From Candidatus Parcubacteria bacterium (lineage in GTDB: Bacteria; Patescibacteriota; Minisyncoccia; Phycocordibacterales; PALSA-1337): 64,000 nucleotides of DNA. Of the stretch, positions 34,630 to 43,950 are shown piece after piece (positions within the stretch are counted from its first letter, which is position 1; each line of letters starts with the position of its first letter). The stretch spans positions 8,454 to 72,453 of the forward strand of contig JBDLTF010000004.1 of the NCBI GenBank assembly GCA_039799225.1. The letters are read 5' to 3'. The translations under genes were made by a program, and so were the position numbers. The notes below the pieces were generated by a model. That model did no database searches. It was not told where the DNA came from and was given only the letters and a program-made list of their open reading frames with translations.

Positions 34630-36369
34630 GTGACCGAAATATCTCAAAAAGAATTCCGTTGGAAGCGCGGACAACGCATCCTCGACTATATCAATCGCTT
34701 CTCATCTACCGAAAAAGCGATATTCGGCTTTTTTTGCATCGCAGGCGTCATCTCTGCGCTCATCATGGCCCAATCCATCAATATCCGATTCTCAACCAAA
34801 GTTCCGGCCCGTGGCGGTTCAATCCATGAAGGTGTCGTCGGCTTGCCACGCAATATAAACCCAATACTCGCCATCACCGATGTAGATCGTGATATCTCAT
34901 CTCTCGTCTATTCTGGCCTTATGAAGTACTCCGACGGAAAACTGGTGACTGACCTCGCTCAATCATACAAAGTATCCGATGACGGACTAGTATACAGCTT
35001 CAAGCTCAAGCCAAATGCATCATTCCACGACGGCAAACCTCTAACTGCTGAAGATATCGCCTTTACCATACAGAAGGTGCAAGACCCTGCACTCAAGAGT
35101 CCTCGCCGTATCGACTGGGCCGACATATCGGTCAAGGTAGTTTCCGCCACCGAGATAGAATTTATCTTGAAGCAATCCTATACACCGTTCCTCTCGAATA
35201 CCACCATAGGTATCTTGCCCAAGCACATCTGGGGCTCAGTGAGCGATGATCAATTCATCTTCAGCCAATACAATACAACTCCAATAGGATCTGGTATCTA
35301 TAAGATATCTTCGGTCTCTCATGATTCTGGAGGTATACCAACATCATATGATCTCGTGTCATGGCGCGGATATTACGGCAAGGCACCTTATATACCTCGT
35401 ATCTCTTTTGAATTCTTCGCCGATGAAGAAGATGCGCTCATCGCTCTCGATCAAGGATATATAGATAGTATTCCTTCACTATCTCCATCCGCTGCTCACA
35501 CTCTCGCGACAAACACAGCTCAAGGATACGATGTACTCTCTGCACCACTCCCACGCATATTCGGCATATTCTTGAACCAGAGCCAGGCACCCATCCTCTC
35601 CGACAAGGTCGTGAGACAGGCTCTCGACATGTCCATAGATCGTACCGCTCTCGTAGAGGCTATCCTCAAAGGATACGGAGCTCCCGTCAACGGTCCAACA
35701 CTCCTTACTATATCTACAAGCACAAATCTCATTGCTGCATCATCGAGCGGTATGGTTTCCGCACAGGCACTCCTCGTCAGGAATGGCTGGAAGCATGGTG
35801 AGGATGGTGTGATGAGTAAGAGACCAAGCAAGTCGACCGCAAGTACAACTATCTCTTTTAATATTTACACTGCAGACAGCCCAGACCTCAAGCAAGCTGC
35901 TGAACTCGTAAAAGAAACATGGAATGCCATGGGCGCTCAAGTCGAGGTCAAGGTCTATGAGCAGAATGACCTCTACCAAAACATTATTCGCACACGCAAA
36001 TATGATGCTTTGCTCTTCGGAGAAGCAATCGGTAAGGACCGCGACTTGTATGCCTTCTGGCATTCATCCCAGCGCAACGCCCCAGGCCTCAATATCGCCA
36101 TGTATGCAAACAGTAAGACCGACAAGATCCTCGAAGATATGCGTACAACGAACGACGATGCTGAGCGAGTAACGAAATATACCCAGTTCGACCAGCTTGT
36201 TCGCGCCGACATCCCTGCAATATTCCTCTATGTTCCTGACTTCATCTACGCAGTTCCGAAGTCAGTGAGGGGTATAAACCTCGGATCGATGTCGGCGCCA
36301 GCAGATCGTTGGAGTTCCGTCGGAAACTGGTATATAGAGACCGAACGCGTATGGAATATATTTAATTAA
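34630..36369 (+). CDS. ABC transporter substrate-binding protein, family 5 (peptide/nickel type), N-terminal TM anchor
   Basis: SBP_bac_5-like size and blocks (ARGGSIHEGVVG, YSGLMKY). Confidence 0.8.
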   Translation: MTEISQKEFRWKRGQRILDYINRFSSTEKAIFGFFCIAGVISALIMAQSINIRFSTKVPARGGSIHEGVVGLPRNINPILAITDVDRDISSLVYSGLMKYSDGKLVTDLAQSYKVSDDGLVYSFKLKPNASFHDGKPLTAEDIAFTIQKVQDPALKSPRRIDWADISVKVVSATEIEFILKQSYTPFLSNTTIGILPKHIWGSVSDDQFIFSQYNTTPIGSGIYKISSVSHDSGGIPTSYDLVSWRGYYGKAPYIPRISFEFFADEEDALIALDQGYIDSIPSLSPSAAHTLATNTAQGYDVLSAPLPRIFGIFLNQSQAPILSDKVVRQALDMSIDRTALVEAILKGYGAPVNGPTLLTISTSTNLIAASSSGMVSAQALLVRNGWKHGEDGVMSKRPSKSTASTTISFNIYTADSPDLKQAAELVKETWNAMGAQVEVKVYEQNDLYQNIIRTRKYDALLFGEAIGKDRDLYAFWHSSQRNAPGLNIAMYANSKTDKILEDMRTTNDDAERVTKYTQFDQLVRADIPAIFLYVPDFIYAVPKSVRGINLGSMSAPADRWSSVGNWYIETERVWNIFN

Positions 36370-36404
36370 TCAATAGAAAAACATTAACACCGTAACAGAC
36401 TAGA

Positions 36405-38468
36405 ATGAACAATATCAATCAACCAAACAATCAGAAGCCTGCTGAACAACCAGCAGGACAAGGCGCAGGACCTTCCCCTCGTCCACGCTTCCAATATCGT
36501 GGTGGTCACCGTCATGGAGGTCATACGCGCACACTCCGACCTGATGGAGCACGCCCTCCTCATCAGGGTAAACCTTCTGATGGACGTCCTGCACCTGCAG
36601 GCTCTCCACATCGCGTTGTGCTTGGACGTGGCGCACACAAACCGCTACCTACTGGCAGCAAGCCGGGGGTCAAACACGTCGCTGGAGCACGCATGCAGAT
36701 CGTCCGTCCTGATGCCGCAAAACCTATGCGCCGTGGACCAGCATCCAAGCCACTCATCCGTCGCGAAGGAGACAGAATTCCTGCTCTTGCAGCCGACAGT
36801 ATCCGTATCATTCCACTCGGCGGTGTTGAAGAAATCGGTAAGAACATGACTGCTATCGAGTATGGCGACGACATCATCGTGGTCGACATCGGTATCCAGT
36901 TCACCAACGAGAACACTCCTGGTGTCGATTTCATCTTGCCCAACACTCATTACCTCGAGGAACGCCAGGATCGCGTACGCGCCGTTCTCATCACTCACGG
37001 CCACCTCGACCATATCGGTGCTATACCATATATCATGCCTCGTATCGGCAATCCGCCGCTCTATACACGCCTCCTTACTTCCGTTTTGATACAGAAGCGC
37101 CAAGAAGAATTCCCTCATGTGCCTAAGCTCGATATTCAGGTTGTTGAGAAAAACAGCACCATCACTGTCGGTAAGCTCAAGGTTAAGTTCTTCTCAGTCA
37201 CCCACACCATTCCTGACGCTATGGGTCTCATCATCGAGACTCCATACGGTTCTATCGTACACACCGGCGACCTCAAGCTCGACCATATGGATGGTATCGT
37301 TTCCGACGAAGAGACTGCTGAATACGATCGTGCCTTCGCCAATGAGAAGGTGCTCATGCTCATGGCAGACTCGACCAACGTTGAGAACCCTGGCTTCTCA
37401 ATGCCTGAGAAGACCGTGCACAAGAACCTTGAGATGATCATTCAGAACATGCAGGGCCGCCTCATTATCGCTACGTTCTCGTCACTCCTCGAACGTCTTC
37501 TCAAGATTACCGAGTATGCTGAGAAATATGGCAAGAAAGTCATCGTCGAAGGACGCAGTCTCAAACAGAACATTGAGATTTGTAAGAGCCTCGGTCTCGT
37601 GAAGGCAAAGAAGGAGACTTTCATCTCTGTCGATGATATCGATAGCTATCCTCCAGAACGTATCGTTATTCTTTCGACCGGAGCTCAGGCCAACGACTTC
37701 TCCGCTCTCGTGCGCATGTCCCAGAAGAACCATGCCAAGATCAAGCTCACTCCACGTGACACTGTCGTCCTCTCGTCATCAGTCGTCCCAGGAAATGAGC
37801 GCGCCGTTCAGACCCTCAAAGACAACCTGTCTCGTCAGGGTGTAAAGATTCTCCACTATCGTATTGCCGACGTTCACTCGTCAGGTCATGCGAATCGTGA
37901 TGAGACCGCTTGGATTCACCGCAAGATCAAGCCGAAGTTCTTCATGCCACTCCACGGATACCACTACATGCTCCGTGCGCACTGTGACATCGCCAAGGAT
38001 ACCAACGGCCTCGCTGAGAGCGACGTAGTCATCCCAGACAATGGTTCAGTCATCGAGATACAGAGTGCGGGAACAAAGATAGTGAAGCTCAAAGAGAAGG
38101 CTCCATCAGGTCTCGTGCTTGTGGATGGATTCTCAGTCGGTGATGTGCAGGAAGTGGTCATCCGTGACCGCCAGGCACTCGCTCAGGATGGTATCTTCAT
38201 CATCTTCGGTATCGTCAACGCCCAGACTGGTAAGCTCCGCAAGTCCCCTGATATCATTTCCCGCGGATTCGTCTATCTCCGTGAATCACAGGAACTCCTC
38301 CATGAGGTACGTATCCTCATCAAGGAAACCGTCGAGAAGTCTTCCCAAGGCCAGAATCCAATCAATATGGATGTGGTCAAGGAAAACATTACCGACGCTG
38401 TGTCCCGATTCCTCATGCAGCAGACTGCGAAGAGACCGATGGTCATCCCTGTGTTGCTTACTATATAG
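36405..38468 (+). CDS. rnj: ribonuclease J with ~125-aa basic Pro/Gly/His/Arg-rich N-terminal extension
   Basis: Metallo-beta-lactamase HxHxDH motif (THGHLDHIG), beta-CASP and C-terminal domain matching RNase J. The low-complexity N-terminus comes before the core starting at IRIIPLGGVEEIG. Confidence 0.85.
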   Translation: MNNINQPNNQKPAEQPAGQGAGPSPRPRFQYRGGHRHGGHTRTLRPDGARPPHQGKPSDGRPAPAGSPHRVVLGRGAHKPLPTGSKPGVKHVAGARMQIVRPDAAKPMRRGPASKPLIRREGDRIPALAADSIRIIPLGGVEEIGKNMTAIEYGDDIIVVDIGIQFTNENTPGVDFILPNTHYLEERQDRVRAVLITHGHLDHIGAIPYIMPRIGNPPLYTRLLTSVLIQKRQEEFPHVPKLDIQVVEKNSTITVGKLKVKFFSVTHTIPDAMGLIIETPYGSIVHTGDLKLDHMDGIVSDEETAEYDRAFANEKVLMLMADSTNVENPGFSMPEKTVHKNLEMIIQNMQGRLIIATFSSLLERLLKITEYAEKYGKKVIVEGRSLKQNIEICKSLGLVKAKKETFISVDDIDSYPPERIVILSTGAQANDFSALVRMSQKNHAKIKLTPRDTVVLSSSVVPGNERAVQTLKDNLSRQGVKILHYRIADVHSSGHANRDETAWIHRKIKPKFFMPLHGYHYMLRAHCDIAKDTNGLAESDVVIPDNGSVIEIQSAGTKIVKLKEKAPSGLVLVDGFSVGDVQEVVIRDRQALAQDGIFIIFGIVNAQTGKLRKSPDIISRGFVYLRESQELLHEVRILIKETVEKSSQGQNPINMDVVKENITDAVSRFLMQQTAKRPMVIPVLLTI

Positions 38469-38484
38469 TTCCCTAACAAATAAA

Positions 38485-38515
38485 AAACTCCCTTCGAAGG
38501 GAGTTTTTTATTTGT
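38485..38515. terminator. bidirectional terminator
   Basis: aaaaaactccc-ttcg-aagggag followed by a T-run. Confidence 0.65.
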
Positions 38516-38520
38516 AATCC

Positions 38521-39975
38521 CTACAATCCCTGCAATGGATTTATCATAGTACGCTGAATCTTCTCTGCATTCGCCATTGCGCTAGTACCGTAGTTCAAAA
38601 TCCATCCTGAAGCTGGACATGCTTTGCCGGAGAAGTATTTACATGCCGCATTGCGTTCAGCCGTATAGGTCTGCCCTCCCGCTCCATTATCTTTTAGAAG
38701 CATCGATGCTGCCATAAATGCATGTTCTGGACTCCATGGATTGGGCATAGATGATATTCCAAGGGCAGCTCTCAAACGATTTACATACAGCACCCAGGTA
38801 GAAGGTATAAACTGAGCTGGACCCATAGCACCACCCCAACCAATTGGCGCACCACTATTATCATATACTGGCTGCCAACACGAAACACGAGTCGTATTTG
38901 GATCTCCATTGAGAGCCTCCACAATATTCAAGAATGGAGGCACATCACGCGTGGGATGCATGACGCGAGACTGAATACTTCCTGTATTTGCCCCACGACC
39001 ATTTCCTGTCGTTGGGTCTGTCATGTAGCACGATCCGATCTGTTTACCAAAAGTTGCATCACTACCCAAACTTGATTCCTGGGCGAATATACCGAGAAGG
39101 AATGCTGCTCTAACACCTGTCTTTCCCTCTGCCTCAAGTGCATATCGATATGCATCGCCGAATGGAATCGCTTGCCCTCCACCAGCAAGAGGAAAGAGTG
39201 CTGCACGTATCTGTGCGGCTTGTGCGGCCTTTTGTGCTATCAATGTCGAGTACTCCTTCTCATTCAACTTACTGATTGTCAGAAGGTTCTGCTTCTCTTT
39301 CTCATCAGCTTGAATATTCTTCTGCTCCTGCTGGATGGCATAGCGTGCATCCGTCTCTGTATTGCGACGCTTCTCAAGACTGCTTTTCTCTGCTTGAGTT
39401 TCAGATTTGTCCGACCTGATTTGCTCGAATGTAGACTTGAGACTCTCTTGGACAGAAGCGAGTGTGTCGAGGTCCTTCAAAGCTCCAGAGACACTCAACT
39501 GTGACAAGAGCACCTCTGGCAGGCTGTATGAGCCCGTCTCATTGGTTTTGCGCATGATGACTGCCAAGGTATCTTTGCCACGCTCAATACGTCCATCGAG
39601 CGTATTGATATGACTCTCTTTGCTCTTGATATCCTTTCCAAGACTCTCGATAAGGAGATTCTTGGCCTTGATATTGAGCTGAGCAACCTTGATCTTGGCA
39701 TCAAGAACGGCAATATCTCTCTGGAGTGACGAGCTCTGTGCTTGAGTAGTCAACAGAGCTGCCTCAGCCTGCTTCTTTTCAGCCTCGACCTGTACAAGAT
39801 CCTTCTCGAGCTTAGCTTTCTGCGCAGGGGTTAATTCTTGGGCCAATACGGAAGGAATCGTCAGGGGAATGAACAGAGAAAAAACTGGGGAAAGCATAGC
39901 TATCCCGACAATAAGAAAAACAGTATATTTGGGCATGTATCGGACAGTATTCATGTAGTTCTTATAGTATAGCAA
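38521..39975 (-). CDS. cell-wall hydrolase: N-terminal coiled coil plus C-terminal lytic transglycosylase (MltB/SLT-like) domain
   Basis: Signal/TM, long Lys/Glu/Gln-rich coiled coil, then FLLGIFAQESSLG...GAMGPAQFIPSTW, typical of the lytic transglycosylase fold. Confidence 0.6.
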   Translation of the reverse strand: MLYYKNYMNTVRYMPKYTVFLIVGIAMLSPVFSLFIPLTIPSVLAQELTPAQKAKLEKDLVQVEAEKKQAEAALLTTQAQSSSLQRDIAVLDAKIKVAQLNIKAKNLLIESLGKDIKSKESHINTLDGRIERGKDTLAVIMRKTNETGSYSLPEVLLSQLSVSGALKDLDTLASVQESLKSTFEQIRSDKSETQAEKSSLEKRRNTETDARYAIQQEQKNIQADEKEKQNLLTISKLNEKEYSTLIAQKAAQAAQIRAALFPLAGGGQAIPFGDAYRYALEAEGKTGVRAAFLLGIFAQESSLGSDATFGKQIGSCYMTDPTTGNGRGANTGSIQSRVMHPTRDVPPFLNIVEALNGDPNTTRVSCWQPVYDNSGAPIGWGGAMGPAQFIPSTWVLYVNRLRAALGISSMPNPWSPEHAFMAASMLLKDNGAGGQTYTAERNAACKYFSGKACPASGWILNYGTSAMANAEKIQRTMINPLQGL

Positions 39976-39996
39976 GACGTAACAAAAAATCGTACC

Positions 39997-40030
39997 TTAC
40001 AGTACGATTTTTATGTGATGATTATTATAG
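39997..40030. terminator. bidirectional terminator downstream of rplY
   Basis: aaaaaatcgtac-cttaca-gtacgattttt. Confidence 0.6.
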
Positions 40031-40032
40031 TC

Positions 40033-40701
40033 TTATTTCTTCTCAGGAGCCTTTGCGTCAGCAGCAGGAGCATCGCCTTCAGCCTCAACCTTACCCTTCT
40101 TCTCAACTTCGATAGCAGACATGTCGATTGCTGCAGGAGCCTCCTCAACCTCTTCCTTGGCAACTGCGATAGATGCAATGACCTCATCAGCGCTAATCTT
40201 GAGCTCAACACCCTTAGGGAGTGCGAGATCACCAGCCTTGATAACATCAGTGAGCTGAGCGAGCTTGGTGACATCAACAGTGATGTCGTGTGGGAGATCG
40301 CGAGGAGCAGCCTCGATTTCGAGCTCACGGTGAACCTTAACGAGAATACCACCGAAGTCCTTGACTGCAGGAGCTGTTCCAACGAACACGAGAGGAACTG
40401 AAACCTCAACCTTCTTACCCTTCTCGATTACATAAAAATCTGCATGACGAGCATCACCAGAAAGTGGATGAACATCAACCTCGTGAATGAGAGCTTCGTG
40501 CTCGGCACCAGCGGCATCCTTGAGAATAATGACTGATGACTCGCCCGCTTTCTTCCAAACCTTAGTGAACTCCTTTGCGTTGATAGATATAGCGGTGGAA
40601 GCTTCCTTAGGACCGTAAAATACCGCTGGCATAAAGCCAGTAGCACGCACTTTCTCAGGCGTGAGCTTCAAATCGCGCTTTTCGATGGTTAATGACAACA
40701 T
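40033..40701 (-). CDS. rplY: 50S ribosomal protein L25 / general stress protein Ctc, with acidic and Ala-rich C-terminal extension
   Basis: MLSLTIEKR...RATGFMPAVFYG...HEVDVHPL matches the L25/Ctc N- and beta-barrel domains. Confidence 0.8.
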   Translation of the reverse strand: MLSLTIEKRDLKLTPEKVRATGFMPAVFYGPKEASTAISINAKEFTKVWKKAGESSVIILKDAAGAEHEALIHEVDVHPLSGDARHADFYVIEKGKKVEVSVPLVFVGTAPAVKDFGGILVKVHRELEIEAAPRDLPHDITVDVTKLAQLTDVIKAGDLALPKGVELKISADEVIASIAVAKEEVEEAPAAIDMSAIEVEKKGKVEAEGDAPAADAKAPEKK

Positions 40702-40742
40702 GGGGGCTATCTTACACTATTATTGAGCGAGATGCAAGGATG

Positions 40743-41555
40743 CTATGGGCTTTGTATTGATTTGTTATAGATAGCAAACCTATCTAGGTACCCTCTGAGT
40801 CCGATTGAACCGAAGCCTCCGATATAAAGAGGTGCACTACCTGTCCACGTAAGCATGGGACTATTTGAATAAGCATCCTTCTTGCCATCAATATAAATTA
40901 CCCATTTCTCACTTGCGGAATTCGACCAAGATATGAGAACGTGAGACCATTGGTTTAATGGCAATGATTTTGTTGATGCTATAACGATAGAATCACCGAA
41001 AGCGACATTATTCCCAAGCCGGATTTGGCCGCTACTGCTGAATTGTATCCACCTACTCCCGACAAAACCAATGAGATCATTATCTGCTATTGAGGTGGGA
41101 TACACCCAGAAGGATATACTGCCATTATTCACATCGAATTTTGCTATAGTGTAATCATATGGATTCCTATTACAAGCGGTGCTGGCATTTGAATAAAGTA
41201 CCATACCTAATGATCCAATGTTACCTCCAGTGGTCGAAATCGAACTGACATCTCTAATTTGTGCGCTTGAACACGCAAGAGTCGCTGAATAACTAGCGGT
41301 ATTTGTAAGCGTCACTCCCATTGCAACAGGAGTCGTTGTGGCAGTATTGAAATCAAATAGAGCTACCGCATCCGCTCCCCAAGCTTGATATAAATTCCCT
41401 TCAAATGTCTGTACCGAAGCAATCCTCCCTTTCTCCCTTGCACCATTAAGGCTCACCAACACAACACTCGAGAGCATACCTATGATCGAGATGACCACAA
41501 GAAGCTCAATGAGCGTGAAGCCCTTGTTCCCTCTATGATTTGAGGTGATATTCAT
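40743..41555 (-). CDS. type IV pilin-like protein with C-terminal LamG/concanavalin-like lectin domain
   Basis: Prepilin N-terminus KGFTLIELLVVISIIGMLSSVV (class III signal with the conserved Glu). The C-terminus resembles a LamG domain (ISFWVYP...NDLIGF...IRLGNN). Confidence 0.7.
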   Translation of the reverse strand: MNITSNHRGNKGFTLIELLVVISIIGMLSSVVLVSLNGAREKGRIASVQTFEGNLYQAWGADAVALFDFNTATTTPVAMGVTLTNTASYSATLACSSAQIRDVSSISTTGGNIGSLGMVLYSNASTACNRNPYDYTIAKFDVNNGSISFWVYPTSIADNDLIGFVGSRWIQFSSSGQIRLGNNVAFGDSIVIASTKSLPLNQWSHVLISWSNSASEKWVIYIDGKKDAYSNSPMLTWTGSAPLYIGGFGSIGLRGYLDRFAIYNKSIQSP

Positions 41556-41566
41556 AATCGAAGTAA

Positions 41567-41686
41567 TTAAAGGAAGTACTTGATGACAATGATCGTGGCG
41601 ACGATGTTCGCAACGACAGTCATGGAGAAAATGATGTAGATAGATCTCGGGAGCTTGGGATGATGTGTCTTAAATTTTAGCTTCAT
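41567..41686 (-). CDS. 39-aa putative TM peptide sharing a C-terminal ...IVIKYFL with the next gene
   Basis: Hand translation gives MKLKFKTHHPKLPRSIYIIFSMTVVANIVATIIVIKYFL. Below the ORF-track cutoff. Speculative. Confidence 0.25.
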   Translation of the reverse strand: MKLKFKTHHPKLPRSIYIIFSMTVVANIVATIIVIKYFL

Positions 41687-41937
41687 AGGAAGTATTTTAT
41701 TACGACGAACGTGATAATAATATTAATGATGACCATTCCAATAAGTATCGCTTGTCCCATATTAGGCGACTTCACAATACCCTTCTTCATGAGCCACTGA
41801 ATCATCTTCGGCTCATTCCCGCCCATCTGCTGCCCCGGGAAACTATACTGCTGCTGAGTCTGCTGAAAACCACCCGCAGCAGGGATATGCCGCGCGTATT
41901 TCAGGCTATCCTCATCGAATTCAACACCTGATGACAT
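41683..41937 (-). CDS. 84-aa protein with Gln/Gly-rich N-part and C-terminal TM helix ending VVIKYFL
   Basis: The ORF has a C-terminal TM helix AILIGMVIINIIITFVVIKYFL. Confidence 0.4.
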   Translation of the reverse strand: MSSGVEFDEDSLKYARHIPAAGGFQQTQQQYSFPGQQMGGNEPKMIQWLMKKGIVKSPNMGQAILIGMVIINIIITFVVIKYFL

Positions 41938-42009
41938 AATGGTAGGTTAATTATAGCAAATACCGCTGCTTACCTTGTGTCTAGAATGGGGACAGCTCGA
42001 GAAGGATGC

Positions 42010-42873
42010 TTATGCTCCCGTAACGATTCTGAGCTTCTCTTCGATAACCTTCTGCATAGCCAACTTAGCTGATTTGAGATACTTATAGGGAGCGACCTCG
42101 TCTGGATTGTCAGAAAAGGCCTTGAGAAGACCAGATCTATACGCGATACGGAGCTCTGTATTCACATGAACGATGGCGACGCCCGCTTTGACTGAAGCGC
42201 GAATATCTTCGGCACTGTTACCAGAAGCTCCATGAAGGACGAGTGATACACCTGCGGCACCTGAAATTTCTCCAACACGCTCAGTATTGAGCGCAGGATC
42301 ACCTCCTTTGACGACGCCGTGAATGTTTCCGACGGCTGGAGCAAGGAGATCAACTCCTGTTTCCTGTACGAATTTCGCTGCATCTTCAGGCTTGGTCATA
42401 GCGGCGTCACCGACTACAGCTCCCTCAGGGATAGCGTCGAGAATCTTCGAGGAAGTACCAATGAAGCCAAGCTCACCCTCTATGAGCACATCGCGACCCG
42501 AAGCACGGGCATATTCGACGCATTTCTTGGCCTGAGCAATGTTTTCTTCGAAACTGAGCTGTGCACCATCGAAGATAGCCGCATCGAAACCTGCATCAAT
42601 AGCCTCTTTGACGCGTTCAAATGAGTAGGTGTGATCCGCATTCAAGAAAACAGGCTGTCCACGCTCTTCACGGATACTCTTCACAATAGCGGCAATCTGA
42701 TGGACACCGACATAGTCGCGCTCACCCTCAGAAACACCGATAATAACAGGGACATTGAGCTCCTTGGCTGCATCGACGACTGCCCAGACTCCATCAAGTG
42801 TTGAAATATTAAAATGACCTATGGCGACGTGATTTTTCCTCGCCTCAGCGATATATTCTCGTAGTGATTTCAT
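42010..42873 (-). CDS. fba: class II fructose-/tagatose-bisphosphate aldolase
   Basis: The MKSLREYIAEARKNHVAIGHFNISTL N-terminus and the DLLAPAVGNIHG and LVLHGASG blocks match the class II aldolase family. Start set at MKSLREY. Confidence 0.85.
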   Translation of the reverse strand: MKSLREYIAEARKNHVAIGHFNISTLDGVWAVVDAAKELNVPVIIGVSEGERDYVGVHQIAAIVKSIREERGQPVFLNADHTYSFERVKEAIDAGFDAAIFDGAQLSFEENIAQAKKCVEYARASGRDVLIEGELGFIGTSSKILDAIPEGAVVGDAAMTKPEDAAKFVQETGVDLLAPAVGNIHGVVKGGDPALNTERVGEISGAAGVSLVLHGASGNSAEDIRASVKAGVAIVHVNTELRIAYRSGLLKAFSDNPDEVAPYKYLKSAKLAMQKVIEEKLRIVTGA

Positions 42874-42951
42874 AGGGCAATTATAGCATATTAGGAAATA
42901 GGAGCCCGTCCCCACCTGACGAGTAGACACAATTCATGATAAAATAATCCT

Positions 42952-43950
42952 ATGTTCCACAAGAAGCTCGACCTCATCGCCATTGGCGACATAACCACCG
43001 ACGCGTTTATTCGCCTCAAGGAAGCAGAAGTTCACTGCAAGATAGACCATGGAGCATGCGAGATCTGCATGCCATTCGGTGACAAGATTCCCTTCGAATA
43101 TGCAAAAGTTGTCAAAGGTGTTGGTAATGCCGCCAATGCCGCTGTCGCTGGCGCACGCCTCGGACTCAATTCCGCCCTCATAGCCAACATCGGTGACGAC
43201 CAGAATGGCCGTGAATGTAGACTCGAGCTCCAGAAGAATGATGTTATCGAAACATATGTGAAGACGAACAAGGGTAAAGCGACGAACTACCACTTCGTGC
43301 TCTGGTACGGCGATGAACGTACTATCCTCGTCAATCACGTGGATTATGATTACGAGCTCCCTAAGAAACTTCCTGCACCCAAGTGGCTCTACCTCACATC
43401 GATGGCTTCGAACACATTCCCGTACCACATGGCCATCGCTGACTATATAGAAGCAAACCCTGATACACGTCTCGCATTCCAGCCAGGAACATTCCAGATG
43501 AAGCTCGGATTCGATGAGCTCAAGCGTATCTACGCACGCACTGATATCTTCATCGTCAACGTCGAGGAAGCTCAGCGTATGCTCAAAACCGATAACAGAG
43601 ACGTCAAAGAGCTGATGAAAAAGCTCCATAGCTATGGCCCTAAGCTCATTCTCGTCACCGATGGACCGAAGGGTGCCTACATGTTCGATGGTGATCACTA
43701 TTACTTCATGCCGATATATCCGGATCCGAAGCCTCCGATAGAGCGCACTGGCTGTGGAGATGCATTTGCTTCAACATTCGTCTGTGCACTCGCAAAAGGA
43801 AAATCACCCCTTGAGGCTCTTACCTACGCTCCAGTCAATCCGATGTCAGTCGCGCAGTTCGTCGGTGCACAAGAAGGTCTCCTCACTGATCAGCAGATCG
43901 AATGGTGGCTCAAGCAAGCCCCAAACGACTATCGTGCTCGCGAAATCTAG
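42952..43950 (+). CDS. PfkB-family carbohydrate kinase (ribokinase-like)
   Basis: PfkB signature 2 (RTGCGDAFASTF) and the N-terminal GG-type motif. 332 aa. Confidence 0.8.
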   Translation: MFHKKLDLIAIGDITTDAFIRLKEAEVHCKIDHGACEICMPFGDKIPFEYAKVVKGVGNAANAAVAGARLGLNSALIANIGDDQNGRECRLELQKNDVIETYVKTNKGKATNYHFVLWYGDERTILVNHVDYDYELPKKLPAPKWLYLTSMASNTFPYHMAIADYIEANPDTRLAFQPGTFQMKLGFDELKRIYARTDIFIVNVEEAQRMLKTDNRDVKELMKKLHSYGPKLILVTDGPKGAYMFDGDHYYFMPIYPDPKPPIERTGCGDAFASTFVCALAKGKSPLEALTYAPVNPMSVAQFVGAQEGLLTDQQIEWWLKQAPNDYRAREI

